64,000 nt of DNA from Frankiales bacterium (GTDB lineage Bacteria; Actinomycetota; Actinomycetes; Mycobacteriales; Jatrophihabitantaceae): the NCBI GenBank assembly GCA_025966315.1, contig JAOPUZ010000068.1, forward strand, positions 52,834 through 116,833, read 5' to 3'. Shown here in pieces: positions 10,261 through 21,212 of the stretch (its first letter is position 1; every line of letters starts with the position of its first letter). Under the pieces are notes generated by a model. That model saw only the letters and a program-made list of their open reading frames with translations. It ran no database searches and was not told where the DNA came from. A program made the position numbers and the translations under genes.

Positions 10261-11088
10261 TCACACCCGGTGAGCGCCGAGGTCAGTGAGCACGGCGAAG
10301 AACTCCGGCGCCCCATCAGGATGGCCGCCGGCGACGAACCAGGGCCCGGCCGGACGGCCGTCCAGACCACTGAGCTGAACGCCGGCCTCCGCCGCGATCA
10401 GCAGACCGGCGGCGATGTCCCACGGACCGAGTGGCCCCTCGTAGTACAGATCCACCCAGCCGATCGCGAGCGCGCAGAGATCGAGCGAGGCCGAGCCGAG
10501 CCGGCGCAGGTTGCCGACCTGTCCCAGCAACTCGCCGACGACTCGGCCCTGCCGCCCGCGTCGGCCGGCGTCGTAGCCGAAGCCGGTGGCCACGATGGCT
10601 TCGGCGAGCGGGACGGATCGAGGACCGGTGAGCTGCTGATCGCCCAGGAACGCACCACCGCCGAGTTCGGCGTGAAAGGTTGCCCCGCTCACCGGGTTGT
10701 GAACGCAGCCCGCGACGGTGACTCCATCCACCTCGGCTGCGATCGATACCGCGAACTGCGGCAGCCCGAGCATGAAATTGACCGTGCCGTCGATCGGGTC
10801 GAGCAGCCAGCGAACCCGCGACCCGGTGCGCTGCTCACCACCTTCTTCGCCCAGCACCGCATCGCCGGGGCGCAGCCGGTGAAGCTCGGATATCAGGTAC
10901 TCCTCCACGGCGCGGTCGGCGTCGGTCACCACATCCGTGACCGACGACTTGGTGTCGATGTCGAGCCCCTGTGACCGCCGGAGCAGGGCCAGTTCGCCCG
11001 CGGCGACGGCGAGTTCGCGGGTCAATCGAGCGAGTTCGGCCTGGACGGGCGGTAGGCCCGCTGGATCTGGTATCGCCGCACTCGTCAT
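10261..11088 (-). CDS. suhB: inositol monophosphatase family protein
   Basis: Motifs LGEEGG, WLLDPIDGTVNF and the GxWDxAAG-like GPWDIAAG. Start is ambiguous (11088, 11100 or 11133). Confidence 0.9.
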   Translation of the reverse strand: MTSAAIPDPAGLPPVQAELARLTRELAVAAGELALLRRSQGLDIDTKSSVTDVVTDADRAVEEYLISELHRLRPGDAVLGEEGGEQRTGSRVRWLLDPIDGTVNFMLGLPQFAVSIAAEVDGVTVAGCVHNPVSGATFHAELGGGAFLGDQQLTGPRSVPLAEAIVATGFGYDAGRRGRQGRVVGELLGQVGNLRRLGSASLDLCALAIGWVDLYYEGPLGPWDIAAGLLIAAEAGVQLSGLDGRPAGPWFVAGGHPDGAPEFFAVLTDLGAHRV

Positions 11089-11213
11089 GGACGTCTCCAT
11101 TTGTTCGTTCGGGGCCGATAAGGTTTGCGGCAATCACCGTAGCCATAGCCCGAGTCCCGAGCGCGCCAGCGCCGTTCAGTACCAGCCAGAACTCTCTTCA
11201 GCGGAGGAACCAG

Positions 11214-12026
<813 letters not shown>

Positions 12027-12212
12027 TCGTGACTACAATGTCCTACGCAGGGCCTGGCACCAACGAAGGCACCGCGGTCATGCGTCTCGACGCAACGGAC
12101 ATCGGTGAACCCCAGCGGCTGGCTGACCCCACACACAACCCGAAGCGACACCCACCAAACCGTCCGCGGTTTGATGTCTGTGGTGCGCAAGAGCTTGTAT
12201 GGAAGGGCGTTC

Positions 12213-13577
12213 GTGGATTCCAGCGAAGCTGCCGACCCGCTGCGCGTCAGCGCGGCGGCCACGGCACGCAAGACCGTCACCAAGTCGATAACCGACACTG
12301 AGAGCGCGACCTCAGTGCGCACGGCGGCTACCAAGCCCGCAACGAAACCATCCGACGCGAAGCCGTCGACCAAGAAGGCAAGCACTCGGGGAGCTACCAA
12401 ATTGACCGCCAAAACGGCAACCAAGACCGCTAAACCGGCCGGCGACGTCGCCGTCGCAGGCGACGAGGTCGAAGAGGTCGAGCCCACCGACGTTCCCGAT
12501 GGCGTAGAGCTCGAGGACGTTCCGGTCGATCCCGAGGCCGACGCCGAGACCGAAGAAGCCGGCGACCCGCCGGCTGAGGCCGAGTCCAGTGAGTTCACCT
12601 GGGACGAAGAAGAGTCCGAGGCGCTGCGTCAGGCGCGCAAGGACGCCGAGATGACGGCTTCGGCCGACTCCGTGCGGGCCTACCTCAAGCAGATCGGCAA
12701 GGTCGCGCTGCTCAACGCCGAGGAAGAAGTCGACCTCGCGAAGCGGATCGAAGCGGGGCTGTACGGCGCCGAACGGCTGCGTCAGCTCGAGGAAGCCGGC
12801 GAGAAGCTGCCGTTGCAGATGCGCCGCGACCTCAACTGGATCGTGCGTGACGGCGAGCGGGCCAAGAATCATTTGCTCGAAGCCAACCTCCGCCTGGTGG
12901 TGTCGCTGGCCAAGCGCTACACGGGGCGCGGCATGGCCTTCCTCGATCTCATCCAGGAAGGCAACCTGGGCTTGATCCGGGCCGTCGAGAAATTCGACTA
13001 CACCAAGGGCTACAAATTCTCGACGTACGCCACGTGGTGGATTCGGCAGGCGATCACCCGCGCGATGGCCGACCAGGCCCGCACGATCCGGATTCCGGTC
13101 CACATGGTCGAGGTCATCAACAAGCTCGGTCGCATCCAGCGAGAACTGCTCCAGGACCTCGGCCGCGAGCCGACCCCGGAAGAGCTCGCCAAAGAAATGG
13201 ACATAACGCCGGACAAGGTGCTCGAGATCCAGCAGTACGCCCGCGAGCCGATCTCGCTCGACCAAACCATTGGCGACGAGGGCGATTCCCAGCTCGGGGA
13301 CTTCATCGAGGACTCCGAAGCAGTGGTCGCTGTGGACGCGGTGTCCTTCACTTTGCTGCAGGATCAACTGCAATCCGTGCTGCACACCCTGTCCGAGCGG
13401 GAAGCGGGCGTGGTCAAGCTGCGCTTCGGTTTGACCGACGGCCAGCCGCGCACCTTGGACGAGATCGGTCAGGTCTACGGCGTGACCCGTGAGCGCATCC
13501 GCCAGATCGAATCCAAGACGATGTCCAAGCTTCGTCACCCGTCCCGCTCACAGGTGCTGCGCGACTACCTCGACTAA
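12213..13577 (+). CDS. sigA: principal RNA polymerase sigma factor (group 1, HrdB/SigA type)
   Basis: Lys/Ala/Thr-rich N-terminus, then regions 1.2-4.2 ([59 protein letters not shown]). Start is uncertain (GTG 12213 after GGAAGGG, or ATG 12174). Confidence 0.95.
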   Translation: MDSSEAADPLRVSAAATARKTVTKSITDTESATSVRTAATKPATKPSDAKPSTKKASTRGATKLTAKTATKTAKPAGDVAVAGDEVEEVEPTDVPDGVELEDVPVDPEADAETEEAGDPPAEAESSEFTWDEEESEALRQARKDAEMTASADSVRAYLKQIGKVALLNAEEEVDLAKRIEAGLYGAERLRQLEEAGEKLPLQMRRDLNWIVRDGERAKNHLLEANLRLVVSLAKRYTGRGMAFLDLIQEGNLGLIRAVEKFDYTKGYKFSTYATWWIRQAITRAMADQARTIRIPVHMVEVINKLGRIQRELLQDLGREPTPEELAKEMDITPDKVLEIQQYAREPISLDQTIGDEGDSQLGDFIEDSEAVVAVDAVSFTLLQDQLQSVLHTLSEREAGVVKLRFGLTDGQPRTLDEIGQVYGVTRERIRQIESKTMSKLRHPSRSQVLRDYLD

Positions 13578-13609
13578 TCCTGACTTGTCGTGCACCGCCG
13601 CAGGCGGTT

Positions 13610-13654
13610 GAAGGGCCGCTGTCCCCCGATATCCGGTGACGACAGCGGCCCTTC
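13610..13654 (+). terminator. stem-loop terminator after sigA
   Basis: Perfect 14-bp inverted repeat GAAGGGCCGCTGTC/GACAGCGGCCCTTC lies 33 nt after the sigA stop. There is no T tract, which is common in high-GC actinobacteria. Confidence 0.6.
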
Positions 13655-13792
13655 GACATCCGTCGGCAACATCCGTCCGATTCACTGGGGCACCTACACG
13701 ACCAGGACGACCCTCGTCGTGGGTGGCGGGCAGGCCGTTGTCTGAGTAGCGGGTACTTCCCCGGATCTGGCCGCCGGCCCTACGCTGCGCAG

Positions 13793-14023
13793 ATGGACAT
13801 CTTCGAGGACGCGATCCGCAAGCTGTACGAGGAGACCAACGAACGAATCAAATACCTCGACGGAGCGCTACGCGAGAAGTACCACGGCCGCCCGGTCGAC
13901 GAGATCAGGGAACCGGCGCGGACCGCGCTGGCCCAGGTCGCCATGACCCTGTCCGACGAAGAATTGACCGCCTATTGCCATGCCATCAGCGCAAGCCAAG
14001 CGTTCGAGGTCCGTCATTCCTGA
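13793..14023 (+). CDS. small hypothetical protein (76 aa)
   Basis: ATG start with mostly G/C third positions. I recognise no family. Confidence 0.4.
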   Translation: MDIFEDAIRKLYEETNERIKYLDGALREKYHGRPVDEIREPARTALAQVAMTLSDEELTAYCHAISASQAFEVRHS

Positions 14024-14048
14024 GGTGCCCGCAGACTATCGTGGGCAG

Positions 14049-14483
14049 ATGGAACAGCGGATCAGTCTGATCACCTTGGGCGTCGCCGACCTGGCCCGAG
14101 CACGCGGGTTGTACGAGAAACTCGGCTGGCACGGTCAAGAGGTACAGGGCACGGTCTTCATCCAGATCGGGGGCGTGGCCTTCGTCTTGTGGGGCTGGCA
14201 CGAGCTGGCTGAGGACGGTGGCTTACCGGAGCAGGCCGCACCCGGGTTCCGTGGCATCTCACTGGCCCACAACGTCCGCTCACGACAGCAGGTCGACGAG
14301 GTGCTGGCGACCGCCCGCTCAGCTGGCGCGACGATCACGAGGCCGGCCGCGAAGACGTTCTACGGCGGATACGCCGGGTACTTCACCGATCTGGACGGCC
14401 ACCTCTGGGAGATCGCGCACAACCCCGGGTTTGCCTTGGCCGAGGACGGCTCGATAACCGTCCCGGACTTCGGCGCCAGCTGA
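14049..14483 (+). CDS. VOC (glyoxalase/bleomycin-resistance fold) family protein
   Basis: MEQRISLITLGVADLARARGLYEKLGW ... DLDGHLWEIAHNP is a typical VOC signature. Confidence 0.85.
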   Translation: MEQRISLITLGVADLARARGLYEKLGWHGQEVQGTVFIQIGGVAFVLWGWHELAEDGGLPEQAAPGFRGISLAHNVRSRQQVDEVLATARSAGATITRPAAKTFYGGYAGYFTDLDGHLWEIAHNPGFALAEDGSITVPDFGAS

Positions 14484-14631
14484 GCTCGGTCGCAGCGGGG
14501 CGGATGGCTCAGCTCCTCGCTGTGGCGGCCGATTACCAGACTGTGAGCAATCCATCCTTCGACTGTGCGCAGGCTCTCACCTGGCCACGGTTGATCGGCC
14601 GCGCCCGGCGCGCCGATAGCGGAGGACGAGC

Positions 14632-16629
14632 ATGACGGCGATACACGCACCGGTGCGCGCGCCCGTCCCGAGTGTTGATGACCTGACGCCGAATGCCGCC
14701 CAGCTCCAGCCGGTTGTGCCGCTGAGAGTGTTGCTGCATCGTCTTAGGTCCTGGTTGCCTGAGGGGCGCAAGTTGCCCGAGGCGATCTGGGAACGCCGGC
14801 ATCGCGGCATCACCCAGTTCGCCCTGCTTCAAGCCGCGGGTATCGGAGTGTTCGCGTTGCTGCGTGGGTATTCCGTCCTCGGCGCTGTCGCCGACGTGCT
14901 GGTCGTCGGGTTCCCGGCCGCAATGGGTGCCAGCACGCTGGTCGGCCGCCAAGTACGCACGATGTCGGTGACCGTCAGCCTGATGTTCGCGTCGGCTGCG
15001 GTGGTCGATGTGGCCGGCGGTGTCACCGAGGCGCACTTCCATTTCTTTGTCATGCTCGGAATCGTTTCGCTGTACCAGGACTGGAGCGCGTTCGGCCTGT
15101 GCATCCTGATCGTGGTCTTCCATCACGCCGTCATGGGCCTGCTGTCTCCGGCGCGGGTCTACGGCACCTCAGATGCCTGGAATCACCCGGTCCAGCTGGC
15201 GTTCGTGCACGGCGGCTTCGTGCTGTCGGCCAGCATCACGCACCTGATCGCGTGGAAGGCCAGCGAACAACAGGAGCTTTCCGACCCGCTGACCCGACTG
15301 CGCAACCGCACCGCCTTCGTCGAGGCATTGGATCGACGCCTGGGTGTCCCGAGCCGCGCGGTCAGCGTGCTCTTCGTGGACATCGACAACTTCAAGTCGA
15401 TCAACGACTCCGGTGGGCATCACATCGGCGATATCGCGCTGCGCCACGTCGCCCAGCGGATGGTCGGCGTGGTGCGCGACGGCGATCTGGTAGCCCGACT
15501 CGGTGGCGATGAATTCGCCGTGCTCGTCAGTGGAAACGCCGCCGCGGCCTCAGCCATCGGGGAACGAATCTCGCAGAACCTGCAGGCCCCGGTCTACGCC
15601 GACGGCCGGGAATTGTTCATCCAGGCCAGCATCGGTGTGGCCGACAGCGAGCTGGCCGGATCACGGGATTCGGCGGATCTGCTGCGCGATGCCGACCTGG
15701 CGATGTACTTGGCCAAATCGTCGGGCAAGAACCAGGTCGTCACGTACACCGCTGGTGTCGACAAGATCGTGCGTGAACGGGCCGCGTTGGCCGCCGACAT
15801 CCGCCACGCGCTGGAATCGGGTCAATTCGAAGTGCATTATCAGCCTCTGGTCGATGGCAATACGGGTCGAGTACGCGGCGTCGAGGCCCTGCTGCGGTGG
15901 AATCATCCGACCCGCGGCCTGGTGTCACCGGTGGACTTCATTCCGATCGCCGAGGAGACCGGCGAAATCAATGTCATCGGCGCGTGGGTGTTGCAGACCG
16001 CTGCCAGCCAGGTCGTTCGCTGGCAACGGCAACTGCCGGGTTGCCGCGAACTCGAGCTCTCAGTGAACCTCTCGCCCGTGCAGCTGCGGGACCCGGACCT
16101 GCTCAAGACGATCACCTCCGCGCTGGTGGCCTCCGGTCTGAAGGCAAGCGAGCTCACCCTCGAGGTCACCGAAGGGATGCTGTTGCAGGATCTGGAACTG
16201 TCGCGGCGCCAGCTCGATTCCGCTCGCGCGCTCGGCGCCCGGGTCGCGATCGACGACTTCGGCACGGGCTATTCATCCCTGTCCTACCTGGCCAAACTGC
16301 CGGCGGACGAGGTGAAGATCGACCGCTCGTTCATAAAGGAACTCGGTGACCATCCCGGTGCGATCGCGCTGGTCAAGGGCATCATCGACATGGCGCGGGC
16401 GTTGCACCTGGACATCCTGGCCGAAGGAGTCGAAGAGGTCGTCCAGCAGGACATCCTGAGCGAACTCGGTTGTGCCCGGTCGCAGGGCTATCTGTTCTCC
16501 CGTCCGCTCTCGGTCGACGCTTTCCAGACCTTCGCCGCGGCCGGCGGCCTGTCACCGGCTGAGGTGATTGCGGCGGCAGACGCTGTTGGCGATGCCAGTC
16601 GTCCCGGTCGCAGTGATGGCAGCGCGTGA
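14632..16629 (+). CDS. membrane-bound GGDEF/EAL (diguanylate cyclase/phosphodiesterase) protein
   Basis: Polytopic N-terminal domain, intact GGDEF (RLGGDEFAV), intact EAL (VEALLRW) and DDFGTGYSSL. Confidence 0.9.
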   Translation: MTAIHAPVRAPVPSVDDLTPNAAQLQPVVPLRVLLHRLRSWLPEGRKLPEAIWERRHRGITQFALLQAAGIGVFALLRGYSVLGAVADVLVVGFPAAMGASTLVGRQVRTMSVTVSLMFASAAVVDVAGGVTEAHFHFFVMLGIVSLYQDWSAFGLCILIVVFHHAVMGLLSPARVYGTSDAWNHPVQLAFVHGGFVLSASITHLIAWKASEQQELSDPLTRLRNRTAFVEALDRRLGVPSRAVSVLFVDIDNFKSINDSGGHHIGDIALRHVAQRMVGVVRDGDLVARLGGDEFAVLVSGNAAAASAIGERISQNLQAPVYADGRELFIQASIGVADSELAGSRDSADLLRDADLAMYLAKSSGKNQVVTYTAGVDKIVRERAALAADIRHALESGQFEVHYQPLVDGNTGRVRGVEALLRWNHPTRGLVSPVDFIPIAEETGEINVIGAWVLQTAASQVVRWQRQLPGCRELELSVNLSPVQLRDPDLLKTITSALVASGLKASELTLEVTEGMLLQDLELSRRQLDSARALGARVAIDDFGTGYSSLSYLAKLPADEVKIDRSFIKELGDHPGAIALVKGIIDMARALHLDILAEGVEEVVQQDILSELGCARSQGYLFSRPLSVDAFQTFAAAGGLSPAEVIAAADAVGDASRPGRSDGSA

Positions 16630-17201
16630 CGAATTCGTCGAGCACCCTGCACGTTCACTCCGGCCATCTCATCCTGTTCATCGGCTGGCTGGTGTTCTTC
16701 ATCGGCGTCGTCGTCGCACGGCAGCTGTACGCACCGGCGCCGCCTACCGACTCATCGACCGGGCAGGTTGCGGCGCTGCCCTCGACCGCCGGATTCGGCG
16801 GTACGGGTCCTGCCGACCGAGAGTTGCTGCGGGCGAGCTTGTTCGCAGCGGGGGCGATAGGTGCCGCTGTGGCCGGAATCAGCTCACTGCTGTCGGTAAA
16901 TCATCGATACCCGCAGACGTTCCTCGACAGCAGCGTCGCGGTCAGCATCGCCGCCGCGTACTTGTGCGTCGCGGGCTGCCTGCTGCTCCGCCCGACCGGC
17001 GGCACGCTGGTGGGTGCCGCGGTGACCACAGCGGCCGCGCTGGCCTTGCTCGTCACTGAGCTGGCCGCCGGAAACGGGTTCGCGTTGATGAGCCCGATCG
17101 CGCCGGTCGGTTTGGCCGTCGGTGGTGTGGTCGCGATCTGCGGTCCGGCCGCGGCAGCCTCGCTCGAGCACCGATCCAACGCTGAACACATCTCTGTATG
17201 A
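16626..17201 (+). CDS. hypothetical polytopic membrane protein
   Basis: Its GTG overlaps the GGDEF-EAL stop (GTGA). 4-5 predicted hydrophobic helices. No family recognised. Confidence 0.55.
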   Translation: MTNSSSTLHVHSGHLILFIGWLVFFIGVVVARQLYAPAPPTDSSTGQVAALPSTAGFGGTGPADRELLRASLFAAGAIGAAVAGISSLLSVNHRYPQTFLDSSVAVSIAAAYLCVAGCLLLRPTGGTLVGAAVTTAAALALLVTELAAGNGFALMSPIAPVGLAVGGVVAICGPAAAASLEHRSNAEHISV

Positions 17202-17309
17202 CGACCGTTTGTCCGTCGCGCGCGGGGTTGTGCTGATTCCCATCACCTGAGACTGTGGCTCTGGCCTGCGACGTAACACCACTTCGTCGGCGCCAGAGAG
17301 GGGTCAGGT

Positions 17310-18962
17310 ATGAGTAAGTTCAGAACAGCGGGGTTGATCGCCACGAGCGTCGCCCTGATCGGTGGGCTGTTGCCCGCCGCCGCACAGGCCGCACCGGCCA
17401 CACCCGCGGTAGCGGCCATCGGGGCAAAATCCCACCAACCTGCGGCGACTGCCACACCGGTGTCGCCCGTGACATGGACGACGTGTGCGAGCGCGCGACT
17501 GCAAAGCGCCGGCGCCGAATGCGCCATGATCAGTGTTCCGCTGGACTACAGTCACCCGCGCGGGACCAAGATCCAGCTCGCGATCTCGCGGATCAAGCAC
17601 ACCGTGCCGGACAGCCAGTACCAGGGCATCATGCTGGTGAACCCGGGCGGTCCCGGCGGATCCGGTCTCACCCTTTCGGTGTTGGGCAGTTTCGTGCCCA
17701 ACGGCGCCGGCGATGCTTACGACTGGATCGGCTTCGATCCGCGTGGCGTGGGCTCGAGCGTTCCGGCCGTCAGCTGCGACCCGAGCTACTTCGGGTTCGA
17801 CCGCCCTAACTACCTGCCGACCTCGGCCAAGATCGTGAAGGCGTGGCTGGCCAAGACCAAGGCCTACACGGCCGCGTGCAAGGCGAAGAACGGCCCGATC
17901 CTCAAGCACCTGACGACCATCGAGTCCGCCAAGGACATGGATGTGATCCGTGCTTCTCTCGGCGCCAAGCAGATCAACTACTACGGCTTCTCCTACGGCA
18001 CGTACCTCGGCCAGGTGTACGGAACCCTTTACCCGCAACGGGTTCGTCGCATGGTGCTCGACAGCAACGTCGATCCGCGCGGGGTGTGGTACGACGACAA
18101 CCTCGCCCAAGACGTCGCTTTCGACAAGAACATGAACATCTGGTTCGGCTGGCTGGCCCAGTACGACAGCGTGTACCACCTGGGCAAGACCGAAGCGGCG
18201 GTCCGCTCCCTCTGGTACAAGACCAGGGACAAGCTGGCCAAGACGCCGGCCGACGGCAAGATTGGCGCCTCGGAATGGACGGATACCTTCCTGTCCGCCG
18301 GCTACTACCAGGTGACCTGGCTCGACAACGCGGCGATCTTCGCCGGCTACATCAACGACAACGATGTTGCCTCGCTGGAACAGGCCTACCTCGATGCCAA
18401 CGGTTTCGGGGATGACAACGGCTACGCCGTGTACCTGGGCGTGCAATGCACTGACGTCCAGTGGCCGACCAGCCTAGCCAAGTGGGCTCGGGACAACACC
18501 CGTATCAACGCCAAGGCGCCTTTCGAAACCTGGGCAAACGCCTGGTACAACGCACCGTGCCTGACCTGGCCGGCGCCGGCCCACAAGCCGCTCAAGATCA
18601 ATGGCAGCAAGGTGAAGAGTGCCTTGCTGATCGATGAGACCCTCGACGCGGCGACGCCGTACGAAGGCAGCCTGCAGGTCCGCAAGCTGTTCCCAAATTC
18701 CAGCCTCATCGCGTTGCCGGGTGGCACGTCGCACGCCAACTCACTGGACGGCGACGCCTGCTTGGACGACCAGATTGCGTCCTATCTCGCCGACGGGACG
18801 CTGCCGGCACGCAAACCGGGTCGCCAGGCCGACGCGACCTGCGCGCCCCTACCGGTACCGGTACCTGAAGGTGCAGCGGCAGCCACCGCCACCGCCACCG
18901 GCTCCGGATCGAACGGCGTGCAGCGACTTCCGGCCGCTCGACTGGCCACCCTCCGGGGCTAG
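17310..18962 (+). CDS. secreted alpha/beta-hydrolase peptidase (tripeptidyl aminopeptidase-like, S33)
   Basis: Signal peptide (LIGGLLPAAAQAAPA), nucleophile elbow GFSYGT and a TAP-like C-terminal region. Confidence 0.8.
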   Translation: MSKFRTAGLIATSVALIGGLLPAAAQAAPATPAVAAIGAKSHQPAATATPVSPVTWTTCASARLQSAGAECAMISVPLDYSHPRGTKIQLAISRIKHTVPDSQYQGIMLVNPGGPGGSGLTLSVLGSFVPNGAGDAYDWIGFDPRGVGSSVPAVSCDPSYFGFDRPNYLPTSAKIVKAWLAKTKAYTAACKAKNGPILKHLTTIESAKDMDVIRASLGAKQINYYGFSYGTYLGQVYGTLYPQRVRRMVLDSNVDPRGVWYDDNLAQDVAFDKNMNIWFGWLAQYDSVYHLGKTEAAVRSLWYKTRDKLAKTPADGKIGASEWTDTFLSAGYYQVTWLDNAAIFAGYINDNDVASLEQAYLDANGFGDDNGYAVYLGVQCTDVQWPTSLAKWARDNTRINAKAPFETWANAWYNAPCLTWPAPAHKPLKINGSKVKSALLIDETLDAATPYEGSLQVRKLFPNSSLIALPGGTSHANSLDGDACLDDQIASYLADGTLPARKPGRQADATCAPLPVPVPEGAAAATATATGSGSNGVQRLPAARLATLRG

Positions 18963-18996
18963 CGGACCGCGCTAATCGCGCACGAGGAACACCCTG

Positions 18997-19029
18997 GCGG
19001 GGCCTGGCTCATCACGAGTCAGGCCCCGC
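18997..19029 (+). terminator. stem-loop terminator after the peptidase gene
   Basis: GCGGGGCCTG...CAGGCCCCGC stem, extendable to about 14 bp with a 5-nt loop, followed by TTGGTT. Confidence 0.6.
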
Positions 19030-19047
19030 TTGGTTAGGCTGCCCTAA
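19029..19047. promoter_or_regulatory. IdeR/DtxR-type iron box 1
   Basis: CTTGGTTAGGCTGCCCTAA matches 15 of 19 positions of the mycobacterial consensus TTAGGTTAGGCTAACCTAA. Confidence 0.6.
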
Positions 19048-19065
19048 TGCGATACTGTGCGGCAG

Positions 19066-19084
19066 GAAGGTTAGGCATACCTAA
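19066..19084. promoter_or_regulatory. IdeR/DtxR-type iron box 2
   Basis: GAAGGTTAGGCATACCTAA matches 15 of 19 consensus positions, 44 bp upstream of the efeU ATG. Confidence 0.6.
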
Positions 19085-19127
19085 GCTTTAGGTAAGTCGC
19101 CCGGACGGCCGAGGACAGGGGAATCGC

Positions 19128-19976
19128 ATGCTTCCGACATTTGTCGTCATGCTTCGTGAGGGCGTGGAAGCCACCCTGATCGTGGGCATCGTCGCCGCCT
19201 TCCTGGCGCAGCGAGGTTCACGCCAGGCCTTGCGCAATATGTGGATCGGTGTCGCGGCGGCTGCCGTGCTCTGTATTGCCGTCGGCATCGGGCTCGACAT
19301 CCTCTCCCGCGAACTCCCCCAGCGCCAGCAAGAAATGCTCGAGACGGTGGTCGGCGCGATCGCGGTCTCGATGGTCACCTACATGGTTGTGTTCATGAAG
19401 CGGCACGCCCGCGACCTCTCCGGCAGCCTGCGCATGTCGGCCGGATCCGCGCTCGCCTCCGGTTCGCAGTGGGCCCTGGTGAGTATGGGATTCCTGGCCG
19501 TGCTGCGCGAGGGTTTCGAAGCGGCCGTTTTCTTGACGGCGCTGCTGAACGCGTCGGAGAACAAAAGCTCCGGCTTCATCGGTGCCGTGCTCGGTCTGAT
19601 CGTGGCCATCGTGATCGGCATCGCCATCTACCGCGGTGGCGTCAAGCTCAATCTGGCCAAGTTCTTCAAGTTCACCGGCGCCGTGCTGATCGTGGTGGCG
19701 GCGGGGCTCGTGATGACCGCATTCCACACCGCGCATGAGGCCGGCTGGGTACTCATCGGCCAGGCCCAGGCAGTGGACCTGACCGCGGTGATCCGCCCGG
19801 GCTCGGTACAGGCGTCGCTGCTGACCGGCGTGCTCGGCATCCAGCCACAGCCGGTCGTCATCGAACTGATCGCGTGGTTCGCCTACCTGGTCCCGATGGC
19901 CTTCTATTTGTTCGGGTCGAGCAGGCGCAAATCGCCCGCCCGCGCCTCGCAATCTTCGCTCTCCGTGGACGCCTGA
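19128..19976 (+). CDS. efeU: ferrous iron permease, FTR1/EfeU family
   Basis: Two REXXE motifs (REGVE, REGFE) in a 7-TM protein. Confidence 0.9.
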   Translation: MLPTFVVMLREGVEATLIVGIVAAFLAQRGSRQALRNMWIGVAAAAVLCIAVGIGLDILSRELPQRQQEMLETVVGAIAVSMVTYMVVFMKRHARDLSGSLRMSAGSALASGSQWALVSMGFLAVLREGFEAAVFLTALLNASENKSSGFIGAVLGLIVAIVIGIAIYRGGVKLNLAKFFKFTGAVLIVVAAGLVMTAFHTAHEAGWVLIGQAQAVDLTAVIRPGSVQASLLTGVLGIQPQPVVIELIAWFAYLVPMAFYLFGSSRRKSPARASQSSLSVDA

Positions 19977-20042
19977 CCCAAGCACACCTGCCTGTTCGCG
20001 GTGCCTGCCAGCTCTAGTCGCAGTCCGAAAGGTGTCAGCCCA

Positions 20043-21212
20043 ATGCACGCCATGCCCCGCGTTGCCCGAACGACCAGATACACCGCCGTTGCCGCCGCCG
20101 CGGCCGGGCTATTGCTGGCCGGTTGTTCCTCGTCCGGCAAGGTGTCGACGGCGTCCGCGCCCGGCACCACTGCGGTCACGGTCAGCCTGACCAACGACGG
20201 CTGCTCGGCGTCCCCCGCCTCGGTTCCGGCCGGGGCCACCAAATTCACGGTCAAGAACGACGGTGGTAGCGCGGTCTCAGAGGCCGAACTCGTCAACGGG
20301 ACGAAGATCCTGGGCGAGAAGGAAGGGCTCACGCCGGGCCTGTCGGGGACCTTCTCGCTCAACCTGCAACCGGGCAGCTACCAGATGTACTGCCCGCACG
20401 CCAAGACGGAGCGCAGCCCGTTCACCGTTACCGGTGCCGCCGGTGCGACCTCGGCCTCGGCAAAGTCGGACGCGGCGCAACTGCTGGCCAAGGCCCCTGG
20501 TGAATACCGCACTTATGTGGAAGGCAAGGCCGAGGAGCTGGTGACCTTGACCGGCCCGTTCGTGGCCGCGGTCAAGGCCGGTGATGTCGCCCAGGCCAAG
20601 GCGCTGTACGCCAAGGCCCGCGCCCCGTACGAGACCATCGAGCCGGTTGCGGAATCCTTCGGCGACCTCGACCCCGAGATCGACGCGCGGGACGGCGACG
20701 TGCCGGCCGCGCGATGGGGTGGTTACCACCGCATCGAGAAGCAGCTCTGGATAGCCGGTAACACCACCGGGATGGGTCCGATTGCGAACAAGCTACTGGT
20801 TGATGTCAACACCCTCGCCGGCAAGATCAAGACCGCGACGTACCAGCCGGCCGATCTCGCTAATGGCGCCACCGATCTGCTGACCGAGGTCGGGACGTCG
20901 AAGCTTACGGGCGAGGAAGAGCGCTACTCGCGCACCGATATCACCGACATCGACGCCAACCTCGAAGGCTCGCAGGCCGCGTTCGACCTGGTCGCGCCGG
21001 CCGTCAAGATCGGCGACGCGAGTCTGGTCGACACGATCCAGGGCCGATTCAGCGACCTGCGGGTGCTGATGCAGAAGTACGCGCTGGGCAACGGTGACTT
21101 CAAGCTGATCACCGAGCTGACCAGCGCACAGATCAAGGAATTGACGACCGCGGTGGATGCGCTGGCCGAGCCGCTGGCCAAGGTCGCCGAGAAGGTCGTC
21201 GCGATCAAGTAG
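20043..21212 (+). CDS. efeO: iron uptake lipoprotein EfeO (cupredoxin-like N-domain plus imelysin/M75 domain)
   Basis: Lipobox LLLAGCSS, a cupredoxin-like segment ending YQMYCPH, and HRIEKQLW in the C-domain. Confidence 0.85.
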   Translation: MHAMPRVARTTRYTAVAAAAAGLLLAGCSSSGKVSTASAPGTTAVTVSLTNDGCSASPASVPAGATKFTVKNDGGSAVSEAELVNGTKILGEKEGLTPGLSGTFSLNLQPGSYQMYCPHAKTERSPFTVTGAAGATSASAKSDAAQLLAKAPGEYRTYVEGKAEELVTLTGPFVAAVKAGDVAQAKALYAKARAPYETIEPVAESFGDLDPEIDARDGDVPAARWGGYHRIEKQLWIAGNTTGMGPIANKLLVDVNTLAGKIKTATYQPADLANGATDLLTEVGTSKLTGEEERYSRTDITDIDANLEGSQAAFDLVAPAVKIGDASLVDTIQGRFSDLRVLMQKYALGNGDFKLITELTSAQIKELTTAVDALAEPLAKVAEKVVAIK

